From the human T2T-CHM13v2.0 reference genome, Homo sapiens, in assembly GCF_009914755.1 (NCBI RefSeq), contig NC_060928.1: DNA of 64,000 bases. The stretch is one strand, 5' to 3'. Shown here in pieces: positions 1-12,015 of the stretch; position 1 is the stretch's first letter; each line of letters starts with the position of its first letter. Position numbers and translations under genes: made by a program. Under the pieces are notes generated by a model. It did not search any database, was not told where the DNA came from, and was given only the letters and a program-made list of their open reading frames with translations.

Positions 1-959
1 CTTAGTACTCACATAAGAAGAATCTACTTGACAACTAAAGGTTTTGTTTCTGAGCTGGTGGTTAGCTAATTAACTTGACCTAATCACATTATTGAATTGT
101 GTATTTAGAACAAAGATCTGCCTCAGCAAATATTTTAACATGTTATTTTAGATTCTGATATGTGCACTCAGCTTTGAGAAAATACGTAGGTTCTTTGATT
201 GCATTTTGAATAAAAAAACAGGCAATTAAAATTTATGGTTGTGAGGAGATCGAGAACTGGGAGAGTCTCCCTTTATTATATTTTCTTCCTAAGCATAAAT
301 CATTATAATTGCTTTTGAAATAAACACAAATATGACTCAACAGTCTTATCAGCTATGGCTTCAACCCCCAAGATTTACTGTGCGGCCCTATGAGAATCAT
401 AAGTAGCTAAGAAACTCACTTAGGAATTGATGACAGCAAAGTAACCTTTTGTGTACCACTGACATGGGCCTACCATGATCATTACTAGAAAGCTGTACTA
501 ACTGCTGCAGACCTGCATTGCTGTGGAACAATGAAAATACGTCATGTAGGTTCAGCATCATTTCTATGTGATAAATCATTTTGACGGAATTACCAAGGTT
601 TGATTTTGTTTGAAATGTACTAATCAGATAATGGATGCCGTGGGTTAGCTGATGGGTAAGAGCGGCGTCATTAATTGTTTCCTGGTGGCTGTTCAGGGCA
701 GCACTGAGGGGCTGTCTCTGTTAGGGATGTGATTCTATATTGACAGCACTTAAAAATAACCCAAATCCGTAAATAGCCAGGGGAACTTTTGTTTGAAAAG
801 AAAAAGAACCCTCCAGGATACGATTCATGAATCAAATTTTTGATAAGTGTAAACTTTGTGGATGGCTTTTTACAAATTTTATTTCTATGACCCTCCATTG
901 CCTACCCCCATTTTCTCTCCCCATTAATAAAGCACTATGCACCTCATACACCATACAAT

Positions 960-1120
960 TATTTATATATTCAATTACAGGCATAGCTTGGTGAAGATGA
1001 TTTAACTCCCTTCCCAATTAAATGGAAATTGAGACATGAGAAAGCTCAATGATGATTTGTGTTTTTAGCCAATCTTAGATGTCAAAATTCCAAGTAATAT
1101 TAAACCCATTTCTACAATGC
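960..1120 (-). mobile_element. MIR SINE fragment
   Basis: cccaattaaatggaaattgagacatgagaaagctcaatgatgatttg resembles the reverse-strand MIR core; highly diverged. Confidence 0.55.
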
Positions 1121-1848
1121 TGTCTCCAGCAACCAGTGTGTGGTTATATAAATGGCGCATCATCCAAGAAATATAATGTGGATGTAGACAAGAATGTATC
1201 TTCAATCTATTATTTTCCTACAATTCACTATGCTCTCCATTTCAAGATAATTAAGACATTCGTCATTTTTGTTCTGTAATTTTGGTTTGTATTAGATGAA
1301 ATGTCATCATTCCTCAGAACATCTTGATTTCCTTATTTTGCCAAGTGACAGGTTTACTTTCTGTATTCTCCAGATGTGCTCTCTTTAAATGGATAAATCA
1401 AAATTTCCTGCCATTCTTCCCTGAGACTTCATCATTTTGGTAAGCTCCTGAAATTGGCAAATCAGGAAACCAAACTCCTTCCTCTCCAAGCAAAGAATGC
1501 TTGTGTTGTGGAGCAGATCTGCAGACACAGATTGTAATCCCTGCCCCACTTAAGACTTGCTAAGCCACGTTTGTAAGTCATTAAACTACAGTGAGGCTTC
1601 ATTTATTAAGTGGATTACTTCCTGACCTGGATGTGTCCTCTAAAATGAACCTGAAGAACTTTGTGCTTTGTAAGTATCTCTTAATATGTTTGGTAATAAA
1701 GCAGCACAGTGCAAAAGAACTCTATTAAAATTGTGTTAGCAGAGGCAAGTAATCAAATATTATAAGTGGAGGAATAGAAAAGTACTAAAAAAAAAAGATG
1801 CCGACTAATACTAAACCCCAATGCTTTCAAAACAATGTGATAAAAGTA

Positions 1849-1872
1849 AAACAAAACAAAACAAAACAAAAC
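1849..1872 (+). repeat. (AAAAC)n microsatellite
   Basis: aaaacaaaacaaaacaaaacaaaac read directly. Confidence 0.9.
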
Positions 1873-3049
1873 TCACTCAGATTTTATTCATACTTTTAAG
1901 TAAAATAACCTAAATATACTTAAGCTTTATGTATCCATTTTCATAGAAGCATAAATTTGCATGATTGGAATGGATTTCTGCAACTATTTAATCCAACTAC
2001 TGTCTCCATCTCACTCTCATTAGATATTTGTATTTTTTAAATATTTTCCTTGATAAAAGATTATTTCGCTGCAACTGAAATATCACTAATGATACAAACT
2101 TTATTATCTACATACAACTAGCTGCTTGAAAATTCCTTCCAATTTTGCTTTCTTATAACTTCTACTCATTGATATCTGTTTTGCCCTCCGAGGAAACAGG
2201 AAAAAAATATCAAAACAACTGTATTCTCTACACTTATGCCTTTTACAGTTGAAGATAATTATTATAGTACCAAATGTTTTAGTTCTCAAAAGATTTTCCT
2301 TTTTTTGTGGCATTCCATGGCATTATTCTATCTCCCCTTAGCACTCACTGCTAAACACGATCCACTTTATATGTGTCTTTCTAAAGGATTTGGGTCAGAT
2401 TAGTGTGAACTCCAGGGACTTCAGGAATGGTCCAAGCAGTCAGGACCTGATCAGCATATTCTCCAGGCTCCTTTATATTGTGAACTAACAGAACTTCACT
2501 TGCCAAGACACAGGGCTAAAGAGTGATCCTTCCTTTTGTCTCTTTCAGATAGATCCTCCCAAAGGATGGGTGCCTTCATTCACTCAAGAAATACCTTGTA
2601 AGTACATGCAATTATCAGACATTTTTCTATGTGTTAGAGATCTATAGTGGACTAGACACTCATGGAGTTCAGTCTAGAAGAGGAAAAAGAAAAAAAAAGT
2701 TACAATTTGGAACTCCCTAAATAAAAAGTCAGGTGCGAAAATGGACAGTAATTCATAAAGTGGGGAATATAAATTAGATTAGGTCGTTCATGAAGTTGCC
2801 TTTGGGAAGAGGCTGTTTCAGGTCAGTTCTGAAGGGAGAGGAGTAGCAAGTCACCCATCACGTAATTAAAACGGCCTCCTGTCACTCTGCAAGTCTTGTG
2901 CTCCAGTGTGTGTAGTAGCTTTGTTATTCTAGGTTGACTGTCTTCAATGGCTGCCAACTCCTCTGGACCACATGGGAAGGGCTGTGGTCCGTGCTACCAG
3001 AACTCAAGCTGGGCTTCTCACCTGGGTGCAAAGAGCTTTCTTTACAGTC

Positions 3050-3491
3050 TGTATTAATTTCCTAGGGCTGCCTTAACAAAGTACCACAAATTCAGATGGC
3101 TTAAAACAACAGAAAATTGTTGTCTCATGGTTGTGAAGGCTAGAAATCCAAAATCAAGGTTTCAACAGGGCCATGCTTCCTCTGAAGGCTTTGGGCAAAT
3201 CCTCCCTTGACTCTTCTGGCTTCTGGTGGGTGCCCACCATCATTTGTGCTCCTTGATTAGTAGATGCCTCACTCCTATCTCTGCCTCTGTAGTCACATGG
3301 CCTTCTCCCTGGTTCTGTGGCCAAATTCAATGACAGGAATCATTGAATCAAGATCCACCTTAATCTAGCATGGCCTTATCTTAACTTTATTACATCTGCA
3401 AAGACACTATTTCCAAAATAGGTCATGATCACAGACACGGGGGTCAGGATTTGAAAGTATCTTTTTCAGGGATGTAATTTAATCTACAACA
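3050..3491 (-). mobile_element. ERVL-MaLR solo LTR (MLT1B/C/D-like)
   Basis: Starts tgtattaatttcctagggctgccttaacaaagtaccacaa and ends aatctacaaca, the reverse-strand MLT1 termini (TG...CA). Confidence 0.8.
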
Positions 3492-3820
3492 ATGTTCCCA
3501 TATACATTGAAGAGCTTTGTGCTGACAGTAGATGGGACTTCTTTTTTCAGCAAACTTCTCTTTAGCTATCAAGGAAAGCTTTTTTCTTATTATGTCTAGC
3601 TTTTTTTTGGAGGAAGCTCCCTTAAAACAAGCAAACAAAAATCTTGCTTGGGCCCCTAATGACAGAATTGTTTCTTAATAAAAAAAATTTTTTTAACCAT
3701 AATCCTCTCAATCCCAGAGAGAAAACTGCCCTGGGAACCAGAGCAGATAAATGATGGAGTGAAACATTGAAGTGGGGGCTCAACTAGCTATTGCACTAAG
3801 AGAGGAAGAAGGGAAATTTA

Positions 3821-4134
<314 letters not shown>

Positions 4135-4386
4135 GGAAAATTTATTTTTTCAATCTATCCTCACATTTTTAGAAAACTTTAAATTATTATGTGAATATAT
4201 GTGTACAAGTATGTGCATATGATGATGTAACTATGTCTGTGGGTGGGTGTGTTTTTGAAATTTGTGGTGGATGCAAGTTTTATGATTATCGGAAAGACAA
4301 ATTGCAGAGTGGAGCAGCAATAAGTCAAGAGACTCAATCCCAGCCTTATTTGTATTTTTGTTTATTAAGAAAATTTTCTACTACTA

Positions 4387-4883
4387 CTGCATCATCAATC
4401 ATAAGATGCATATTTTAGTTATATTTTAACATCTTCAAGATCAGGATGTGTCTTACAAATGAAAGTGTTTTCCAATCCTTGTTGGTCAGGGGGGCACTTA
4501 GCATGGGCTATCATTGACTTTCAGTGCATGAATGCAGAAATAGATTTACGTATTTTCATAGCCACTTCAGTTGAGTTATGTGCATTATTGATATCACACA
4601 TGCTGATTTTAATTGCCATTGCTAATGTCTCCAAAAAGATTACAGTGTGCTTTAGCTTTGCAATTAAAATTTATTGCATGTGGAGAAAAGTGAAAACAGA
4701 AATGTGAAAAATAAACCTATGTCTAAATAATGCTAAAAGGACCCTTTCAATAAGTGTGAAACAAAATTTTTGTATAATAAGCAAACCTTGTATTGTAGTT
4801 TAACTGGTAACATTTTTTCTTAATAGTACATAAAATAATGGCTCATCTTCAATAAATGGCATCTTAGAGTCAAGGAAATGTGG
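4387..4883 (+). mobile_element. Non-autonomous TcMar-Tc2 DNA transposon (Kanga/MER104-like)
   Basis: Degenerate inverted termini ctgcatcatcaatcataagatgc ... gcatcttagagtcaaggaaatgtgg, TA on both sides (4385-4386, 4884-4885). Confidence 0.65.
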
Positions 4884-5079
4884 TAATTTATTCCCTCAAG
4901 TACAGTGAAACATAAGCTCTTCAAAATGCAGCCTTTCATAACTCCCCAACTTCTAGACTAATAGCTAAGAAAAAAAAATCTCTTTGGTAGTGAGTAAATA
5001 GCATTTGAAGACTCAGGAAAAAATGACTATACCTGATAAAAATCTAAAGATTCAGAATCCCATTAATCTTAAGAGTCCC

Positions 5080-5690
5080 GTTAATACCACCTTGGTCCAA
5101 ACCATCATCATTTCTCACTGGAGCAATCGCGACAGCCTCCAAAATGGCCTCTCTGCAAACTCTCCAATGGCTTCTCATTGCATTCAGAAGAAAATCTAAA
5201 TATCTTGACAGTAACCTGCAAGGCTCCACCTTCTTGAACTGGCCCTGCCCAGCTGACTGGCCTCATTTCTTCCTCCCCTCCTCTTTCATGGTGATTCAGC
5301 CACAGCGACCTCTTTCTGTTTCTCTTTTTGGCTTTTCGTCAAGCACTCAGTTTACTGCCTTCATACTGGCTCTTCTCTCATCTTGCAATCTTCTCGTTCC
5401 GGGTCTTCCAATGACTTGCTGTTTCTTGTCATCAACTTAGAGGGGACGATCTCAGAGAGACCTTCCTTGTCCGTTTAATATAAAATAGTCTTTAGTTTAT
5501 ATCATACTGTTTTATTTTCATAGCATGTGTACCACTCTGAAATTATTTAATTTGTCCACTTCTTCGTTGTCTGTCTTCCTTTCCCATAAAATGTAACTGC
5601 ACCAGAGGTGGAGACAGCAGGGGCTTGTCTGTCTTTCCACTGCTATGTCCTAACACTATACTGTTACTCTTTGTTGAATGACTAAATAGA
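5080..5690 (+). mobile_element. L2 LINE 3' fragment
   Basis: ccaccttggtccaaaccatcatcatttctcactgg and tail ttgttgaatgactaaat are typical L2 3' sequence. Confidence 0.75.
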
Positions 5691-6134
5691 TAAAGTGTAA
5701 TTGGACAGTTTAACATGAAGGAAAAATGCTTTAGTCGTCTGGGATGCTCTATAAAAGCCAGTCTACATAAAAATCAAAAAGCACTTCAGAAGAAATTGGA
5801 AGCTTAAGAAACAAAAAATGAAACATTGTTAAGAAATGGAAGCAAAGAGTAATGGAATCCAGCCATGATGGAGTGACTTAGCCACAGATTAGGATTGGGT
5901 ATGTTGATGATATGTAACAAACACTGACATTGGAGAAGAGAGACAGACGGTAGAGCAGCTTGGAAGTCTTGAGATGAGGAGCACGCACCTGTTACACGCA
6001 AAGCCCTCATGGCAGTGAATGTGCTCCACTCCAGGCTGCCAAACAGCTGAGCTTGGTAGTCAGCGGCCAGGAAGTGGCATTCTCTATGTAGAATACAGTG
6101 GTGTTAATAATGCTTTACATTTCCAAAGCATTAC

Positions 6135-6452
6135 TAGCAAAATCAAAAGCCTATGAGGGTCAGGGCAGGTAACATGAATGAGGGAAGCAGGCTGGGTCAG
6201 GCAAGCTCATGCCCCATTTAAAGGGACGACCAGACGCTACTCAGCAGCGATGGCTGCCCTGTGGGCATTCAGGCCAAGCATGATGAGATATTCTCATTTT
6301 CCTAGAAAGGACAGATATCTGGATTTTTATTAAAAAATTTTTCTACATTTCAATTTTGGGAACAAAATTAACTTACAAAAACCCACCATGAATGAAAAGA
6401 AAACAGATCTGTAGTCTAAATCTAACTCACAGGTCACTAGCTTGCAACCTCT
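6135..6452 (-). mobile_element. hAT-Charlie MITE (MER102-like)
   Basis: gggcaggtaacatgaatgagggaagcaggctggg ... ctagcttgcaacctc; related to the opposite-orientation copy at 45790-46105. Confidence 0.6.
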
Positions 6453-6737
6453 ACCTTATAATTTTGAAAATTCTACTTCAGTATTATCTTTTCTGAAATA
6501 TCCAAGGACCTTAAAAAATAAATAAGTACAAAATTTAAAATTTTGATTATGGAATGAGCACAGTCTTATTTTAGAAGTAGAATTTGAGAGTACAGAAAAG
6601 CATAAAAATTTGGAAACAAAAAAGTTAAGTGTTCCTATGCCAGATAACATTCTGATGTATGCTTTTCTATAATTAAGATTAATGATCACTGATAAAATAT
6701 ATATGTACTTACACACTCACAAATATCCTTACATATG

Positions 6738-9110
6738 TAGGCACATCATGTTTTATTGTACTTCACTTTATTGCACCTCATAGATACTGTAATTTTTACA
6801 ACTCAAAGGTTTATGGCAACCTCACAATGGGCAAGTCTACCAGCACCATTTTTCCAACAGCATGTGCTCACTTTATGTCTGTGTTACATTTGGGTAATTC
6901 TTGGAATGTTTCAAACTTTTTCATGATTCTTATATCTGTTATGGTGATCTATGATCAGTGATATTTGGTGTTACTATTGTAATTGTTTTGGGACACCACA
7001 AACCATGTCCATATGAAGTTGCAAACTTAATTAATTAATGTTGTATGTGTTCTGACTTCTCCATCAACCCTTGGGCCTTCCTATTCCCTGAGACATAACA
7101 AGATTGGAATGAGGCCAATTAATAACCCTACCATAAACTCTAAGTGTTCAAGCAAAAGGAAGAGTCACAGGTCTTGCACTGTAAATCAAAAGCTAGAGAT
7201 GAGTAAGCTTAGTGAGCAAGATATGTCGAAAGCTGAGATAGGTGAAAGTTAGGTCTCTTGTGCCAAACAGTTAGTCAAGTTGTGAATACAAAGGTAAAGT
7301 CCTTGAAGGAAATTAAAAGTGCTATTTCAGTGAACACAGAACGATAAGAAAGCAAAACAACTTTATTGCTGATATGGAGAAGTTTGAGTGTCTGGATAGA
7401 AGATCAAACCAGCCATATTTTCTTAAGCCAAAGCCTAATCTAGAGCAAGAATCCAACTCTCTTCAATTCTGTGAAGGCTGAGAGAGGTAAAGAAGCTGCA
7501 GAGGAAAAATTGGAAGCTAGTAAGGGTTAGTTCATGAATATTAATAAAAGAAGTCATCTCTATAACATAAAAGTACCCAGTGAAATAGCAAGAGGTAATG
7601 TAGAAGCTGCAGCCAAGTTATCAGAAGATCTAGTTAAGATCACTGGTGAAGGTGGCTACACTAAAAACCAGACTTTCAATGTAGACAAAACAGTCTTCTA
7701 TTGGGAGTAGATGCCATGCAAGACTTTTATAGCTAGAAAGAAGTCACTGGTTTGCTTCAAAGCTTCCAAGGACAGGCTGATTAGCTTGTTAGGGACTAAT
7801 GCACCTGGTGACTTTAAGTTGAAGCCAGTGCTCATTTACCATTCTGAATATCCCAGGGCTCTTTAAAATTATGTGATAATTTGCTCTGCCTGTGCTCAAT
7901 AAATGGAACAACAAAGTGTGGGTGACAACACATCTGTCCATAGTGTGGGTTACTGAATATTTTAAGCATACTGTTGAGACTTACTGCTCAGAAAAAAAAA
8001 GATGCCTATCAAAATATTATTGCTCATTGACAAGGCACCTGGTCAAACAAGAGCTCTGATGGAGAGGTACAAGAAGATTAAAGCTGTTTCATGCCTTCTA
8101 TCAGAACATCCATTCTTCAGTCCATGGATTAAGAAGTAATTTTGACATTCAGGTTCTCTTATTTAAGAAATACAATTTGTAAACCTATAGCTTCCATAGA
8201 GAGTGATTCCTCTGTTTGATCTGGGCAAAGTACATTGAAAACCTTCGGGAAAGGATTCACCATTCTAGTTGCCATTCAGAACATTCCTGATTCATGAGAG
8301 GAACTCAAAAGATCAACATTAACAGGAGTTTGGAAGAAGTTGGTTCCAATCCTCATGGATGATTTTGAGGGGCATAAGATGGGGAAGTAACTGCAGATAT
8401 GGTAGAAATAGTAAGAGAACTAGAATTAGTAGTGGAGCCTGAAGATGTGACTGAATTGCTGTAATCTTATGACAAAACTTCAACAAATGAGGGGTTGCTT
8501 CTTATGGATGAGCAAAGGAAGTGGTTTCTTGAAATAGAATCTACTCTGGGTGAAGATGCCATGAGCATTGTTAAAATGACGAAAAAGACTTTAGAATATT
8601 ACATAAGCTTTGTTGGAAAAGCAGTGGTAGTGTTTGAGAGGATTGACTCCATTTTGAAAGAAGTTCTACTGTGGGTAAAATGCTATCAAACAGCCTCACA
8701 AGCTACAGAGAAATCTTTCATGAAAGGAAGAGTCAATGGATGCAGCAAACTTTATTGTTGTCTTATTTTAAGAAATTGCCACAGCTACCCCAGCCTTCAG
8801 TAACCACCGCCCTGATCAGTCAGCAGCCATCAACATCAAGACAAGACCCTCCACCAGCAAAAAGTTTATGACTTTCTGAAGGCTCAGATGATCTTTAGCA
8901 ATTTTTAGCAATAAAGTATTTTTAAATTAAGATTTTTACATTGTTGTTTTAGATATAATAAATTGCACAGTTAATAGGCTATAGTATAGTGTAAACATAA
9001 CTTTCAGATGCACTGGGAAACCAAAAAGTTTGAGTGATTTGTTTTATTGTAATATTTGCCTTATTGCAGTGTCCTGGCACTCAATTAACAATATCTCTGA
9101 AGTAGGCCTG
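6738..9110 (+). mobile_element. Tigger1 (TcMar-Tigger/pogo) DNA transposon, near full length
   Basis: TIRs taggcacatcatg... / ...gaagtaggcctg followed by TA; ~2.37 kb; internal transposase motifs recognisable. Confidence 0.93.
7133..8500 (+). pseudogene. Tigger1 transposase, inactivated
   Basis: FNVDKTVFYW at 7675 (consensus FNVDETAFYW), LLLIDKAPG at 8017 (LLLIDNAPG), QSMD* at 8118 (QPMDQ); start codon lost, many stops and frameshifts; end approximate. Confidence 0.85.
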
Positions 9111-9129
9111 TACATAGATAGCTAGATAG

Positions 9130-10200
9130 CTTTACGTCCTGTTTTCTCTCTTATTGTTAGATTATAATATTAAAACATTTCCTTGTTATTTAAATTTCTT
9201 ATGAATATTATTTTAAAAGCTGCAAAGTATTCCATTGTAATCATGTATTATCATTTATTTAAAGTTTTCTTTATTTTGGATGTTGACATTGCTTCCATTT
9301 TTACTAGGACAACTTAATGAACATCTTTATGCCTAAATATTGGTTTGTATTCCACATTATTTCATTAGATGTGATTGCCAGAAGTACAATTATTAAGTGA
9401 AATGTTGATGAATGAAACCAAATTAATCCAAAATATTTTGTCACAAAATCTACTTTCAAGAGCAGTTTGGAAAATACTTAACATAGTCCTTTCCATCATT
9501 AAAAACATAAGGAGACGTAAGACTTTGCTACTTGCTACAAATTTATTTAATTACCAGTAAGAGTGATTATATTTTATATGGTGATTAGCTACCACATATG
9601 TTGAAGCCAGCCTAATTTTTGTGCTTTGTAGGTAAATCTCTTTCCCCCCGCCTTGGTTGGGTGATTGTTAACCTTTTTTCTTTACACTTGAAATTAAAAT
9701 TGCTATAATATATCTATATTAAAATTAATTTTCCATGGAACACAATGGAAGTTTTCATTGTACCTACACAGGCTTCCATTCAGTTCAGCAATGATTTTCT
9801 TATATACTATTATTACGTTTCCTATTCTCATGTTTGGTCTTTAGTAACATGCATGATTTATAGGTTGGCTTCTCTGTTTTTTCTCTTATTTTATTTTATC
9901 TATTAATTTGGTTGTTAATATCATTTAATGCAGCTTTCCACCTTTAATGTTTTGTTTTTTGATTGCCACCAATGCTGACTTTAAATTTGTTGCTGTATTT
10001 GGGGGATTTTCGTATTATTTTCCCATTGTATTCAGTTCCTGTTTCACAACTGTTTTCATCTTAAGCCTTTCTCTTCCTATGAATTCCTTCTTTCCCTAAG
10101 AGGTGCTTCTTTCTCATATCCCCTTGAATGCATCAAACATGTTTTCTAAAAGCTCCTGTAGCTCCTAGAACATTTGGCTTTGTGCCTCTATCCTATTAGT
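9130..10200 (-). mobile_element. Ancient L1M (L1ME-like) fragments
   Basis: T-rich strand with gtattccattgt...catttattt...aatgaacatcttt, typical antisense L1M 3' sequence; boundaries vague. Confidence 0.5.
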
Positions 10201-10326
10201 ATGAATAATTGTGTCAAAATACTGGGACAAAAGACAGTGCATGTAGGCTCTTCACCACAAGGCCACATTTCTGCTTGCAATTCACATTCCACTTCCCACT
10301 TTTAGTGGCAGTGTGTCAGTTTCTGT

Positions 10327-10786
10327 GTCATGTCAGGTTCTCTGAGAAGCAGATGCCAAGATGGAGTTAGGGATATGAGAGATTTATTATAAGTTTTGTC
10401 CGTGAAAGATAAAGAGGAGCGGCAACAGGAGTAGGAAAAACCGTCACAGGGCAATTCAGGTCTGAATCCTGTGAGAGGAAAGGATGGTGGGAGGAGAATT
10501 GGGTAGAAAGATGTTCAGAGTGTGGTGCCAGGTTTGAGAGCATTTTGGCCAGCCACTGGGCAGTTTCTCTAGAGCAGAAAGTACCCATTAGAGGAGTCTT
10601 ACATTGGGTAGAAATTGGCAGGTCTCAGTCCCTCTACCGTGCATGTCATTGGCTGCGGGTTACCTGGGGACAGCAGGTGAGAGAGAGGGGTCTCTGCAGG
10701 GGACCTGAAGGCACTGCAGCAGGAGAGAAGCTTGCAGCAGTATGTCTTGAAGGAAGGTCCAAGGAAACTCCACCCTAGCTGCTACA
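10327..10786 (-). mobile_element. ERVL solo LTR (LTR16-like)
   Basis: tcaggttctctgagaagcagatgccaagatggagttag...agatttatt start, ends gctgctaca. Confidence 0.65.
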
Positions 10787-11219
10787 GAAGGTAACCAGAG
10801 AATCAATGCCTTTCAATCTAAACATTTCAATTTCTGATCCCAACACATCCTAGTTACTAAAGATGTTTTTCTAGTCTTTTCTGGAGGTGGCATTTCCTCC
10901 CACATGAAGCAGCAAGAGTGAGCAATGGCCAGGAGGTTTGACAAGACCCAGCAGACTTCATGACATGTTGATAGTCCATTATCTTCCCTGAGCACTACAT
11001 AATACTGCTCTATCACTTGACCTAGGTCACCGGTTTCAGTTAATTCTCAAATGTTTTCTACAACGCCTTTTTGCATAATCTGCCTGTTCCCTTTTCTAAT
11101 TTTCTCTACTTCCATGGCTGATGTCAACTTACAACAGAGAAATGATTGTTGGTTTTGTCCTCTTTTTGTGCCATCTTCATCTGAAGAGTTTAACCATTTT
11201 GAATCACATCAACTTACTC

Positions 11220-12015
11220 CAATTTAATGCTCTCTAAGGCATTCCACTACATTTAAAATTAACACCCCACTTCTTACCATGGCGTACAAGATCCTATATG
11301 ATCTGCCTTCTGACCTCGTCTTCTTTTGCTGATTCTCCTTACTCATCATAATCTAAACTCCTTGGCTTTCTTACATTTCCTTGACTACCTGAAACTCTAT
11401 CTGGGCTCGAGAGTCTTCTGCTTCTATCAGTTTTCCTCCAGAGCTTTGTACCATGAGACTTCTGTTCTCAAGTATCAGTGCCTCAGAAGACTTCCTTGAC
11501 CTCCCTACTTAAAATACAACCTCCAGCCTCTACCACCACCACTGTCTATTTTCTTAGCATGCTTCCTGGTCATCTTGTCCCCTTCCCTGATCATACTGTC
11601 ATCAGTTTTGCCCTGCATTTTATTGCTACTTTGTGTCAACTCTTTTGTAGGGTTGGCATCGACATTCAGGATACTCTGTATAAGTTAGATCAAATGAGAT
11701 CTAATCCATGCTAGAGCAAGGTGGGAGACCTCAAGGCTTCTAAGGAATTTGAAAGAGTTAACCAGTCTGAGCTACACCACTGCCTGGATCTGATTCTCGA
11801 CACTGGTGTTTCATCATCTGGAATTATATTATTTACGTGTTGTCTTATTTAATATCTGTCTTCCCCATCAAGAAAGGAAGTGCCAGAATGTCAAGAGCTG
11901 TGTTTGTGGCATAAACTTCTGTATGCCTGACCCTCCAACAGTAACTGGCACATGGAAGGCACATGTGCCTTACTAAATAAATAAATATTTATTTAGTAAA
12001 TGAATGAGTGAATAA
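11220..12015 (+). mobile_element. L2 LINE 3' fragment, interrupted at ~11565-11810
   Basis: cctcagaagacttccttgacc, atctgtcttccccatcaagaa, ctggcacatgg...aatgaatgagtgaat L2 tail. Confidence 0.75.

Noticed and set aside
637-700. tRNA-like sequence (gccgtgggttagctgatgggtaagagcgg resembles a tRNA 5' half/A-box)
   Set aside because: No B-box (GTTCRA), no T-arm and no cloverleaf pairing; similarity too short.
8495-8871. 102-aa and 66-aa ORFs
   Set aside because: They lie in the 3' part of Tigger1 and are residual repeat frames, not host genes.
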